Positions 35,867 to 49,372 of a stretch of DNA of 64,000 nucleotides are shown one piece after another; the first letter of the stretch is position 1; the number at the start of each line of letters is the position of its first letter. The stretch lies in the NCBI RefSeq assembly GCF_004010195.1, contig NC_057711.1, forward strand, positions 27,663,566 to 27,727,565, written 5' to 3'. Origin of the DNA: Chiloscyllium plagiosum. Lineage: Eukaryota. The position numbers were made by a program, and so were the translations under genes. The notes below the pieces were generated by a model. It was not told the origin of the DNA, searched no databases, and saw nothing but the letters and a program-made list of their open reading frames with translations.

Positions 35867-36649
35867 TTACAACAACCGAACCACCCTTGTCAGCAGGCTT
35901 GATTACAACATTAAGGTCCACATTTGGAATAACTGCATTATGGTCTTTTCATGTGTATTATATTACTCCAAACAAAGCTCACATTTCAATCACTTTTAGC
36001 AAAACAGGGACTTGAATAATGAATAATCTGTGACCCAGAATCAAAGATGCAGCTGCACTAGCTGTCTTGTGGATTGCTGACAGTCACAGTGGTTTCCATT
36101 AATCTTATCCACAATAAGAAGATCATTTGGAATGGTTCCCTTGTTATAATGTTACCGAATGAGTAATCCAGCCACCCAGGTTGATGTCTTGTGATACAAC
36201 TTCAAATCCCACCTTGGCAGTGGATGGAATTTACATTCAATTAATTTATGAATCTGGGGTAAAACATTTGTCTCATTAATAATGATTACAGCAACTACTG
36301 AATTATCATTAATTAAAAACTAATTTATTACTGAAACTGATTTGCTAATATTAACCAGTGTCCAAAAATCTGCTTTTCATACCTAGTCTGGCATGCATGT
36401 GACTCCAGACACCCAGCAATGTGTTGACTCTTAATTGTCTTCTAAAATGTCCTGACAAATTACTCCATTGTATAAAACCACTGCAGAAGTACCTTGAGTG
36501 AAAGCACATCATGTGAATTGTGGAGGTTCATGAAGGTGCGTGTCACAAAATCAGTGCCACTGGGTTTGCCACAAAATCCTCTTGTGTAATTCTTAAATTG
36601 TGCTGTTTTAAACATTTCTAATTTGACAGACTTTGCATTAATATTTACC

Positions 36650-36778
36650 TTGATGAAGGGCTCCAGCCCGAAACGTTGATTTTCCCTGCTCCTTGGATGC
36701 TGCCTGACCTGCTGTGCTTTTCCAGCACCGCTCTAATCTTGACTCTAACCTCCAGCATCTGCAGTCCTCACTTTCACC
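36650..36778 (+). repeat. PLE-derived hammerhead-bearing short repeat with tail
   Basis: TTGATGAaGGGCtccaGCCCGAAAcgtt plus body and tail ctccagcatctgcagtcctcactttcacc. Confidence 0.85.
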
Positions 36779-37444
36779 TACTTCATTGTTCTTGTTCAGT
36801 AGATTTGATATTTTTTCAACCTTTGAATTTGGTCTGCAATATGTGGTTAGGCCTTCAACCTGGATTTCTCAAACTAAAATGGGAAACAAGTATGAAAATA
36901 AATAGCTGCACAAAACACTTTATTTCTGTCAAACTTGAACATGTTAAACCAATTGCTCTGATAACTTGTAGTTGCGTATTTGAAATTATGACTGGTAAGA
37001 TAGTTTGTGTTAATAGGCACTTAAATAGATGATGGATAACTCCAGATACACAGCAAATATGCTGACTCTTAATTGTCCTCTGAAATGTTTTGATAAACCA
37101 TTCCATTGCAGCAAACCACTACAGAAACTCCAGTGGTGTAAACACACCCCATGGATTGTGATGGTTCATGAAGGTGGTTTACCACCATTTCTTCAATGAC
37201 ATTTGGGGATAGGGATTAAATGTTGGCCTTGCCAGCACATTTTCTAAGCTAGCAACCATGCCTACAAAATGAGTTCTCATCTCACTTCTCATCCTTTCGT
37301 GATCTGGTTCTACTTTCTGTCTCTGCATCATCTTCCAACCTTTTATCTCTTCTGTTAATTCTTCCCTTTTTCAATATGTTTCTTCAGACCCTGACCTCTT
37401 GCATTCTCCTTTATTCTCCTCTTAACCATTCAGCTCCTTCCACT

Positions 37445-37820
37445 ACCAAGGCACAGTGACTGCAGCAATTATCACCTTTGTGATACTGCAGCAACTTCCC
37501 AAGGCTGCTTTGACACAACCTCTCAAACATGAGAATTGCACCACCGAGAAGGACAAGGGCAACAGCTGCACAGGAGCACCATCACCACTGGCAAGTTGCC
37601 CTTCAAGCTACGTCCCCTTACCTGGGACTGTATTACCATTCCTTCACTATCAGTGGGTCAAACTCCTTTGGCTGTCTTTATCAAGATGCTGTGGGTCACA
37701 TGGACTGCAGCGGTTCACAAAGGCAGTTTGCCACCATCTTTAACAAAAAATGGCAACGGGCAATAAATGCTGTCTTTGTCAGTGGCGTTTTCATCCCAAG
37801 AAAGAATTACAAAAAAAATG
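37445..37820 (+). mobile_element. 3' end of the older CR1/L2-group LINE
   Basis: Homologous to 2780-3130; tail gggcaataaatgctg...catccc...aaaaaaa. Confidence 0.65.
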
Positions 37821-40800
37821 AAGTTGGTCATTAACAAAATAGGCATAAGTTTATCATCACTATGGCTGCCACTATATATTACTGCCACTATATATTGTTT
37901 CTCCCCAACCTCTCAAATTTGAAGTGGTCATCAATTAAACTTGCCCTACAAAGAGCAGCTCTATTTTCAATCCTTTGCTTAATCCATTAAATATAGTGAT
38001 TTCCAAATCTGTGAAAATCTCAGTGAAAATGCTGCCCAGAGCGCAATTAAAAGTCGATCACATTGCTATTGGTCTGGAGTCGCATGTATGCAAGACTGGG
38101 TAAAGATAGTTTTCTTCCCTAAAGATGATTGGTGAAGCTGATGAGTTTTTCTGACAATTAATGATGATTTTGTGGTTGCCATTAGATTCTTAAATTAAGA
38201 TTTGCATTGAATTCAAATTCTACCATTTTCAGTGGCAGGATTTGAACCTGGGTCTCTGGGTTAAGTGTCCAGTGTTGATACCACTAAGCCGTCCCTCTCC
38301 TCCCTCCCCCCCCACCTAATAAAATGACTTTGGCATTTTCTGCCACTGGCTGACCAGGCCCTGTGCTCAAGCATTTACTCACTCAAGTCTTCCACCACAC
38401 TTTTTCCTCTTAAAATCCATTCTCCTTGTTGACCTTTGTTGTGCCTCATTGGGATAGTGTGCCGTACATCAAACGTCACTGTTCCTAAAGTCATAACAGA
38501 AGTTTAAAAGTTTTATAAAATGTATGCAAAATTCTCCAATTTACCTGAGTCTTCAGACACAAGTGGACAGAAAACAAGTTCTGGGTTTCTGCACTTAACA
38601 AGAATTACGATGTGTCACAACTAAATAGATTCTTGCTACAGGTAAAGAATTATAAGCTGTTGACTTATAATACTGTTATACTCTGTCAAACTCTGAACTC
38701 TCTTATAAAACTTTCCCTATGCGTCCATATCAACTGACACCGAATGCCACCGCTGTGGGTGGAGGGAAAGACTCAGAAGTCAGTGCAAATGGTCCTTCCC
38801 CAGGATTCACCTGAGATGATCTTTTTTGGCTTGTCATGAGTTGCTGCTCCTGGATCATCATCTCCAAATACTTTTATGTGCTTTAGGAGGCTGAATACTC
38901 ATTATGGTTTACATCTAAATATTGTTGAAAAAGACTCTTGATTTTCAAGTTGGTATGAGAGCTTAAATTCTACTATTTCAACATAAATAAAAGCCTGATT
39001 TAACCACCTCCTTCCTTAAGGGCATTGAAGAATGGATGATCAAATCAAGTGTTTTGTGGTTTGTTGACGTCAAAGTTGAGGGAAAAGTTTAAAGGTTACT
39101 GTGCACTTTCGGATAGCAGAAGAAGCGGAAGTGTTACTGTTGGTGGTTTTATGTCGTCTAATCAAGCTCTAATTCAGCTCTGTGCTAACATCGCCAGTTT
39201 CGTTTTCTACATTAATTCTTTATAAGCTGTTGGGAAGCCAAATAAAAAGCACAATTCATCCCTTAATAGTCTAACATACTAAAGCAGGTCACATGACAAT
39301 AAGTTGGAGGCAGACAGCTTACAACTTAGTTGAAATGCATTTGCCCGTGCAGCCCTAATTAGCCATCGCTCAGTGAGTACCAGATAATACAGTGCTGATC
39401 AGCCATTTTCCAAAAATGGATATCTGATATCGGCGATGGGTAAAATAACTGCATGAACATTAAAAGTTCATGGTGTGACCATGCTGTATTAAAACAGATT
39501 TAAACGCCTTCACCCTTCTCTATAAGCTTGACATGTTGCGCCAAGTGTCATCTATCCTGTGGCTAAATTCAGGGGAGAGAAATCATCAGAGGGAGCAATC
39601 GAGGTTGAACGCAAAATGTTCCACTTCAGACTGCTTCTGTTGTCCTCTTTCATTTAGGAGTACTTAGTAAATTTTCAGGGCAATTTATGGGCAAATGAAG
39701 TTGCATAAAATTAATGTAGTAATTAATTAACTGAATCAGTGTACATTTGTGGAGTTATATTGACGGCTATTTGATTTGGTGCCTGAGCTTGAAACCTGTT
39801 ACAATTTTACACAATAAGTTGGGAGCTCTGTGCAGTGACATAATAGCAAACCATGAAAATGGTGAAAAGTAGGGACAGTTGCAAAGGTTTTAGAATGGTT
39901 TCAGTCCATGTTTGAGTTGATCCAAGCCTACATGAAGATTGGCAGCAAAGGAAGGCACTAACCCAGAGTATTGCTGCTTAAGAATGATTGATAGCATAAA
40001 TGCAGAGCCCAAAGCTGTAAATCTGAACACATCTCATTGGATTAATGACCTTGTGTGGATGGGAAAATATGTATATATTACAATTCCTATGGGAAACTAT
40101 CAACCAAATTTACTGAATGACCTCCAAAATGAAGAAATTACAATGAGATTGCACTTGTTGTAACTTTCACTGTAGTACAAATCAGAACCGATACAAATTA
40201 AATGTGACTTAATGGACACAAGAAACTTTAGATAAAAGTGCATTTTACTTTAAATTATCACGATGACAAAAGTCATCTTTCATAATACTCAGCACCTACA
40301 TAACTCTCTGCCCAAATGTGATGCAATGTGCAGTACCATCAACTCCATTCTTTTCGGACTTGAGTCACACTTCCCAGCAGACGCATTCTGTCTGAGGTTT
40401 TGAGGTATGCTTAGCAGCGACATGGCATTTATCTAACCGCTCTCTCTCACTTGTCATGTCAGCCCTGATGGTGTAGCTTTCCAGAGTTCCTTTGCAAATG
40501 ACCAACACGCAGTTTGTGAACTTGTTCTCTGATACAAACTCTCCACTCGTTTGCATACCTGACCTATCATGTCACTTCAGGACTCCATCCCTTTTTGCTC
40601 ATTTGGAAGGCAGCCTCTGGGTTGCAGACAGGTTCCTGCTGGAGTGCGCTTGCAAGCTGGTATATAAGCAAGTCAGAACACATTTCAGGGTAATGTAAAG
40701 GAACTGTTTGTAAGTACAGGAAATGTTTATAATGTCAGAATTTTAAATTTGCACTCCTGTGTGAAATCAAGTTTGTATGTACGAATGTTCATAATCAGCT

Positions 40801-40982
40801 ATTGGTAAATCTGAGACCCCCTGTATGTCACTTTCCCACGAACTTCTTGAATTCTATTTTTTTTTCTCACTGCTGCACCAAAAGCTGACTTTCGTGGAGC
40901 TTTTTGGCTTTACATGAATTCTGTTATTCTTTTTGCCTCAATATGTGAACTAAGCAGCTTCGCCCATCAGCTAACCTGCATT

Positions 40983-41320
40983 GATGCCTAATGGTATTAT
41001 CTCTAGGCTATTAATCCAGTGACCCAGGTAATGATTTATGACTCTGATTCTAATCCTACCATGGCAGATGGTGGAATTGGAATTTGAATTTGATTAAAAA
41101 TCTGGAATTGGGAGGATAATGAGAACTATAATTGTCAGAAAAATCCATCTGGTTCACTAATCTTTTAGGAAGGAAACTACCATCCTTATTTCATCTGGCC
41201 GAGATATGACTCCAGATCAACAGCAATTGGTTGACTTATAACTGCCCTCCAGGCCATAAGGGATGGACAATAAATGCTGCCCTGGCCATCGATGCCCACA
41301 TCCTGTGAATGAAAAAAAAA
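40983..41320 (+). mobile_element. tRNA-derived SINE (second family) sharing its tail with the older LINE
   Basis: Decayed tRNA-like head, core gaaaaatccatctggttcactaat...tgactccagatc, tail gggatggacaataaatgctg...gaatgaaaaaaaaaa; relatives at about 36140-36450 and 38035-38290. Confidence 0.7.
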
Positions 41321-42589
41321 GCTCTCTTCTGTGTCTGCCGCTCTGCTTGGCTGCTGCTGGATAGTTAGTTTCTGGCATCTTTAGGACTTGATCCCTTTTT
41401 GCTCATTTGGAAGGCTGCCCCTGGGTTGTGAACAGATTCCTGCTGGTTTGATACTGCTTAACAGGTCAAGGGTCAGGTCACACAGACCAGGTACTACTAC
41501 TACTTCAGCAGCTTTGCACTTGAACCTTTTAGAATCGATGCAAACTCTTTCAAAGCCTTGTTAGCAATTCATAAAAAAAGTTATAGATTCTACAAACACT
41601 TTGGAGGAGTTGTAAAGATTCCTTACTGTACAGCTTTGATCTCAAAATTGTCATTTACTGTAGATGCATGTTCTGACTGCTACTCATCCCAGAACACTTC
41701 CAGCCAGTGAAGAACTTGTTGCAGTGCAGTTACTGTTCAAATGTAGGAAACGGGGAATGCAGTTTGCTCCCAGTAAATCCCACGCACAGCAATGTGGTCT
41801 GCCCAGAATGCCTGTCTGTTTTTGTTTTAAGGTTGAGGAATAAACATTTCCCAGGAAACAGTGGAAAAGTCCTCAAATCATCTTCAAGTAGCAGCAGGAA
41901 ATGTATATGTTTAGTTGAGAGGGAGAGGCAACATCTTAATCATTCATAACTGTCCAAAAAAACAATCTGTGCCAGTTGGACTGCCCATTCTGATTTTCTC
42001 AGTTTTGTTTCATGCTTGCCCATCACACCTTGTCTGGGTACTTTTGGAATTCTTCAGAACTTCTAGTACTTTATCTTTTAGATTACACCCTGCTTTATTT
42101 TTCTTGGCTTCAGTACTCTAAGGCTTTAATTGAAAATGCTGACTTAAAGGTGTTCTCCCCCCCCCCCCCCCCACACACCCATATAAAAGTATATCTTTAA
42201 CAATTTGTCTTTCATAGTGAAACATGTCATTGTAATACAGTATTCCAGTGCAGGAAATGGCACGTGTTCTCACTGCAATGTCAGATGATGAGGTTGAATG
42301 CTAGAGGACACAATTGGAGCATTCGTGTTAAGGAGATAATTAGGAAAAGAGTTTGGTAAAATGTGAGTTTCTTTTAGGGCTTTGAATTAATGTCCATGGG
42401 ACTCTAATAATTTAGTCTGTTGATAATTTGACTCTTTTTGCATTAAAACATGTGGATTAGCCATCATGTCAAATTAAGCAATACAAATAGGAAGAATATA
42501 ATAATTTCACGCTTCAATTCAAATGATTTTGTTCAAATTATTTTCTAACTATCATCTATGTATCCTCAGATTAAAAAGATAGGAACACA

Positions 42590-43580
42590 AAACCGTAAAG
42601 CACAGGAACATGGTTTCAGCCTCCATGTCTGTGCCAACCATGATGCCATTTGTAAACTCATCCCATCAACTTACACGTGGTCCATATCACTCTATTCCCT
42701 GACTCTTCATATATCCGTCTAAATGCTGCTTAATCTTTCCCAATGTACCTGCTTATACCACCTCCTCTGGCAACACATTCCAAGATTCTACCATCCTCTG
42801 TGTAAAATGCTTGCCTCCACATTTCCTTGAAACTTTCTCTCTCTCACAACTTAAACTATGTGCCCTAGTAGTTGACATTTCCACCATAGGAAAAAGGCTC
42901 ATAATTTAATATACTTCCCTCGGGTCACCCCTGAGCCTTCAATGCTCCAGTGAAAACAGTCCAAGTTTGTCTGTCCTGTCCTTCAACCTAATTCACTCCT
43001 CCAATCCAGGCAAATCCTGGTAAACATTTCCAAAGCCTGCACATCATTCCTATTCTGTGGTGATCAGAACCACACTCCGTACTCCAAATGTGGCCTAATT
43101 AAGGACTTATGCAGTTGCAACATGGCTTGCCATCTTCTATGTTCAGTGCCTTGACTGATGAATGCAAGCCTATCAAATGCCACCTTTACCACATTATCCA
43201 CTTTGCCACTTTCGAGACTTGCACCCCAAGATCTCTCTGAATATCAATGCTCCTGTCATTTAATGTATACTTGCCTCTTGCATTTGACCTCCCAGAATGC
43301 ATCACTTCACACTTGTCGAGGTTAATCTCCATCTCCACCCCACTTTTTAACTGATCTATATCCTGCTGCATCTTTTGATGAACATTCCTCACTGGTTTGC
43401 ATGTCATCTCCAAATTTACTAATCACACCACCTACATTTTCATGAAATCATTTTTGTGCATATTACAAATAGAGGCCTCATACTGATCTTCGCAGAGTAC
43501 AACCCTCCACAACTAACCTGTTTCTACTGTGACCCAAGTCCGTTCCATCCAAGTTACCACCTCTCCATGAATCCCAAAGG
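42590..43580 (-). mobile_element. Degenerate CR1 LINE 3' kilobase
   Basis: MQQDIDQL...MEINLDKCEVMHSGRSNARGKYTLN...QRDLGVQV plus 3'UTR. Confidence 0.8.
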
Positions 43581-44325
43581 AGGAGCTTTGTTCCATGTAA
43601 ATCTACAAAGCTCATTAATGAAGACGGTAATGTGAACCATAAATTGACAAATACTTATGAATGTAGCTTTTACACCACTGGCATACAACAGTAGCTAGAG
43701 GGATCTTGTGGTGGAGTTATAGTGCCCCTATGTCTGTGCCAGAACAGCTGGTTTAAAGTCCCACCTGCTCCAGAGGTGTATCATAACGCACCTGAACAGG
43801 TTGACTAGAAATATGAGACTATGGCCATTGTGCTGCACTATTTTGATGATTGAAACCATGGGAATACAGAAGCTAAGCTCCAATGGGGTGCTTTCTTGTA
43901 AGTTATGCTGAAGGTACTTGAGGTGTACTTGATTTTTCAATATCTTGGGTTTTAAGCAGCTAATTTTTAAGTTCATGTGGTATATAATGTAAACCACCTT
44001 AGCTCTTTTGCTAATTGTTACACCTCGCAATTCTGTTTTAGGAAAAAGGAAAAGGGAATTCTCTGATTTACATAAGAATGGCATATTGTGATTTAGAAAA
44101 TTTTAGATGGGTACCAAATACATGGTTGGAGTGTTAATAAAGGACTGTTTGCTTTTGAGAGCAGTTGTATTCCTTTTCTGTGATTGTATATTCAAAAGTA
44201 TATATTTCAATTCTTAAAGTTGTGTTAGCCATTAACTGGAAACTCACTTGTGCCTCCATATGTCGAAGCAGTCTGGAACTGTGTTTTTGGATTGGAGGTG
44301 CAGGATATGCAGTGCATGCCTCTAA

Positions 44326-44604
44326 TTAAGATTAAGATTAGATTAGATTATTTTAGATTAGATTACTTACAATGTGGAAACAGGCCCTTCGGCCCAACAA
44401 GTCCACAATGACCCGCCGAAGCGCAACCCACCCAGACCCATTCCCCTACATTTACCCCTTCACCTAACACTATGGGCAATTTAGCATGGCCAATTCACCT
44501 AACCTGCACATTTTTTGGACTGTGGGAGGAAACCGGAGCACCTGGAGGAAACCCACGCAGACACTGGGAGAATGTGCAAACTCCACACAGTCAGTCGCCT
44601 GAGG
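44326..44604 (-). mobile_element. HE1-type V-SINE, 5'-truncated
   Basis: V-domain and long (TCTAA)n tail. Confidence 0.92.
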
Positions 44605-45882
44605 TTTGTAATTAAAGCTTGTAATTATTCAAAATTGAAGTTCTGCCCTTCCCAACACTTTGATTTTTGATCTCTTAACATTCCGTGGCTTTAGATAACT
44701 GGACAAAGGCTGTTTTCAAAGCATCCAAGACCCTAAGAGTAGAGTTAAGCTGTGTAGCCCATTGAGTCTGCTATTCCATTCATTGAGATCATGGCTGATC
44801 TGATAATCCTCAACACCAGTATCCTGCCTTTTCCTGTAACCCTTGGATGATGTGTAAATAGTCCTTTCCACTTAAGAACTTGGTTATACTGTAGTACATT
44901 CACTTTCCTCAACCAGTTCATTAATATAGATAGTAATAATTGTGGGCTTGGCGTTGTATCCTGTGGTTCTTGACAAATTATTGGTTGCCATCCTGAAAAT
45001 GTCCTCCTTATCCCTACTGTCTGCCTTTTGTCAATTAGCACAATCGTCATTTGATTTGTTCTTTTACCTTCTCATTACTTGACTTTAAAATTTTAGCCTT
45101 AAACCTAAGGAAACTAATTTTGCATTAACATGTACAAATGAATAATGGTGTATGGAGAAATATGTGCCTAAAAACTGATCAAAGAAATTCTCAACAGAAA
45201 GAGAAATACTCTCAGCATTAATAAAGAATTCCAGTATCTTGTACAAAAGAGCAATTTAGTGTTGAACAATAGTCTTGTGTAGTAGCTTTCTTAGTGCATA
45301 ATCAACTATATTGCATCATTATGAAAAAAAAGTACATGTTCATTATGTAATTGATATTATACTGATTTCATGGACTTCATTAATACTTTTTGATAATAGA
45401 CGTTAGGTGATGTGCGAATGCTCCTTTTTGGCTTCGCTTACAGTTTCACTTTGTTTGAAATGGGGGAAGTCTGCTACTTCCCTGCAATTGTTGCACTGAA
45501 ATTGCAAAATGTTTTGGAGGAACTTGTTGATGAGAGACCCCCTCTGTGACACCAGTAAGATAGTGTCAGGAGGAATGTTGACCTTTAAGCCTGTCACTGG
45601 GTTCAGGCATTTCTAACATTGCCAGATAATTATACACCTATGTATAAAGCACGAGTACACCATCTCTTGTTTTACACTCCCAATCAAATGGGTTCATGCC
45701 ATTGTTCTCAGTCCTACGAAACAGTGATGTCTACCGTATTCATGATTTGTAACTCAGGTGATTCCTCAGAACAATCCTGAAGCCACAGGGCTTTTTGGGC
45801 AGAGAGGAACTGCCATGGAGAGGAGGGTGGAGGTTGAAGGTTTCTCAGGGCAGGGTTCTGCTGCCTTTCGTTGCAGTTTCTA

Positions 45883-46077
45883 GAGTGTGGTGCTGGAAAA
45901 GCACAGCAAGTCAGGCAGCATCCTAGGAGTAGGAGAATCGATGTTTCAGCCACAAGCAATCCCTTCTGCCCAAAACGTTGATTCTCCTGCTCCTTGGATG
46001 CTGCCTGGCCTGCTGTGCTTTTCCACCACTACACACTTGACTCTGATCTCCAGCTTCTGCAGCCCTCACTTTCTCCT
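45883..46077. repeat. Head-to-head palindromic PLE mini-element
   Basis: 45883-45950 is the reverse complement of about 45967-46036; only the right arm has the tail. Confidence 0.85.
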
Positions 46078-46893
46078 GTCATTGCTGTTTCCTTACCTCC
46101 ACTAGAGAGTTTATGTGGGCATTTTCATCTGCCCAAGGCTTGTTGGATGAGGTGCTGCCAATGTGGTACAGTTTGTAGCAACTTGCTTCCATGCATTTAA
46201 CATCTATCTTTCTCCTTTTCATTTGCGTCTTTACAGTGTCTTTTTAAAGTGGTTTTGCTGTCCTTGAGATTGGCTGCCACTCTTAAGTTCCTTTGGAAGC
46301 TGACTATTTGGTAATACTTGGAATTATTTGTATGCACCATCCGAACCGTAGAGCTGATTTTTATGTGGTCATGACTGAGATGCTGAAAGAATTGGTTTCA
46401 GTGAGAATGCTGGAGTTTGTTCATCTGTCTTCCCATTTGACTTTGAGAATCCTGTGAAGACACTGCTGGTGGAAATTCTCCAGTATCTCGAGGTTCCTTT
46501 TGGCAGGTGACCCATGTCTTGTTGCCACAGAGAAAGAAGTGCAGTGGCAAAACAGTTTTGTGGAATGAAACAGTAATTGCTGGAGAAACTCAGCATGTCC
46601 GGCTGCATCTGTGAAGAGATTGAATGTTGTGGACTAAAACCATTGCTTTCTTATCTGTATTCTGAAAGACTCAGTAAAATGTGTTATAATCAGTGGCACA
46701 GATCTAAACTCTGCTTCCTCTCTCTGGTGGCGCAGAACAATATAAATTAGACTACTGTAAACTTGTGTGGAATTTTGTGACCTCTTTTATTTTGCATGTT
46801 AATATAAAGATTTATGATTGTTAACTTTTCGGTTTCCTGAGTTTAATATTTGCTTCTTACCTTGTGAAGGATAAAAGCTCATATATAAAAGTA

Positions 46894-47023
46894 TTCCTGA
46901 AGAAGGGCTTATGCCCGAAACGTCGATTCTCCTGTTCCCTGGATGCTGCCCTGCTGTGCTTTTCCAGTAACACATTTTCAGCTCTGATCTCCAGCATCTG
47001 CAGCCCTCACTTTCTCCTCCTTC
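46894..47023 (+). mobile_element. 130-bp hammerhead-bearing insertion with a 10-bp TSD
   Basis: TATAAAAGTA at 46884-46893 and 47024-47033 flanks the unit. Confidence 0.88.
46897..46924 (+). ncRNA. Minimal type I hammerhead ribozyme motif, intact core
   Basis: CTGAAGA-A-GGGC ttat GCCC-GAAA-CGTC. Confidence 0.8.
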
Positions 47024-47477
47024 TATAAAAGTAGTCCATTCAGCCCACTGTCTATTGAAATGAATAATGGCTGATCTGACAGTGCTCAATTCACGTTCCT
47101 GCCTTATCCACATAATATTTGATTCTCATGCTGATTTCAAAATCTGCCTGTCTCTTGCCTTGAATATCCTAGACAGCTCCATGTGTTGAGGAGTTCCGCA
47201 GATTCATTTCTCTGAGGTTTATAAAAAACTTCTCATCTGTGTCTTAAATGGTGGACCTTTTTATCCTAAAAGTATGTTCTCTGTTCCTAAACTCTCCCAC
47301 ATGGGGAACAAACTTTCCATATATCTATCATACCAAACACAGTTGGCTGAACACTTGGTTTGTGATGCAGAGTGATGACAAAAGGGTAGGTTCAATTCCT
47401 GTCCTGGCTGAGGTTAAATTAAAAGGTCTCCCTTTCTCAACCTTGCCCCTCACCTAAGGTATGGTGACCCACAGATT

Positions 47478-47685
47478 ATTTGTTTATTTGTTTTATTATT
47501 GTCACATATACCGAGGTACAGTGAAAAGTTTTGTTCTGCGTGCAGTCTGGGCAGTTCATACCATACAAAGTGGATAAGGGTAATAGAACAGAGCAAGGAA
47601 TACAGTGTTAGAGCTACAGAGCAGGCGCACAAAGAGCATTAAATTTAAAACTTGAGGGGTCCATTCTGAAGATGATAACAGGTTA
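47478..47685 (-). mobile_element. Rex/Babar-type LINE 3' tail
   Basis: Reverse complement ...acttttcactgtacctcggtatatgtgacaataataaaacaaataaacaaat. Confidence 0.6.
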
Positions 47686-48674
47686 TTAACTAATAATAAC
47701 AACAGGTTAAACACCACCCAATAGTGCTCTGGGACTATGCTGATTTTAACATGGGCTTTTGTTTTATTAAGTAACCTTGAATGCAATAACTTATTGAAAG
47801 CCTTTTGGATAATAGCGTGTATGTAGAAGATAAAGCCAAAGTTTATTAATATAACATCCTGGAAATCGGAATTGTTTGCTGGCTAGACTAAAAGTTAGAC
47901 AAATCTTCCAAGCTCTTCAGTTATTTGGGATCTTATCAGTGCTTGTTTGGTTAAATTTGTTCTACAGGGAGATGATTGTGTGCAAAGCTGAAATTATCAT
48001 GTAAACAAATATGCCATATTTCTGTTTAGAAATGCTTGATTGTAATCAGTCTAGCAAAAAGCATTTAATCAAATTTGTCATATCAATATTTTGGGCGAGA
48101 GTCCCATTGATTTCTTCAGTTCAATCTTTCAAATCTCAAAGAAGTTTAATTCTGGAACTTATCATTGATCCTGAAATTTCTGCTTAATTGGAGTTAAACA
48201 TTACACCATGATGTATGAAAATCGAACTAGAATGCAGTCTGTGAAGATGAACATAATTTTAAAAAAAAAGGCTTTACCTGGATTAAATTTCAAATCTGCT
48301 CGTTGAAAATTGATCACAGCTTTTCAGAAGTTTACAGGAGTTTTACTTTAATGCCTATCTGAACTATTGTATTTATCATTCATACAGGAGATATTGACCT
48401 CCCTTATCCCATTTTAGTAGACATGCAGGATAGCTATTGAGAATCCTGACTGACATTTTTTTGTTTTTTTTTAAATTTTAAAAAAAAAAAAGTCCTGTGT
48501 GTATCTCTCAAACCCAGTCCCCAGAGCTTCAGCATAAGGTTCTGTGTTATTAGTCCAGTGACATTACCATGACACCACTGCCTCTCTATCTGAGGTCATT
48601 TGTAGCAGACAGCTGTAATGTTAGAGTTGGCTTTGTCAGACTTCAGCACAGTAGGAATTTCACACAATAACAAA

Positions 48675-49160
48675 CATAGTGGAGAGCCTCAACAGGTGTG
48701 GCAACATCTGTGGAGAGAAAGCGGGGAAGTAATGGAGAGTGTGTTCAAGGAACAAATGATAGCTGAAGACCGAGACCAGATGAAAAGAAAGACCAAATCC
48801 AAGCATAGGGATAGATGATGATAAGCCAGGGAGAAAGGAAAGTTGCAAATGGCAGGGGGGGGGGGGGGCATAATTAGGTGAAAACACCTGTACCGAAAGC
48901 AACCCATGTGGTGAATGGCCTTGAAATGTGGGTGTGCGTAAAGGACATGGAAGAAGGTGTTCAGACCTCATTTATTGAACTTGATATTGAATGTTGAAGG
49001 CTGCAGGCTCCCCAAGTGGAAAGTGAGATGCTGTTGTTCCAGCTTGTGCTGAGCATTGCTGGAGCACTACAGTAGGTCCTAACCAGAGATGTTGACTAGG
49101 GACACAGTGGTGTGTTGAAGTAGCAGGCATCTGGAAGCTCATTTTTGTGACTAGAACTGG
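48675..49160 (-). mobile_element. Degenerate PLE 3' fragment
   Basis: Collinear with 32295-32480 (gcattgctggagcactacag, gtgtgttgaagtagc) and 12815-13020. Confidence 0.7.
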
Positions 49161-49372
49161 TCTTTGCTTTTCTGACTGATGTGCCTTTGTGCCATGAAGT
49201 TCAATTGAACTCTTAAACAATGGTTAAATGTAAATGGAAGTTTGTGATTGTCTAACCTGCTCTGTCTTTTAATCTCCTTTTCCAACATTTTTACCATCCT
49301 ATCAACATGGCATGAAAAACTGATCCTAATGAGATCTACTTCCCTAGTATATTCTTTGAAAATGAGAATTTC

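Noticed and set aside
40877-40907. Small hairpin ccaaaagct...agctttttgg
   Set aside because: Too short for a pre-miRNA and has no other support
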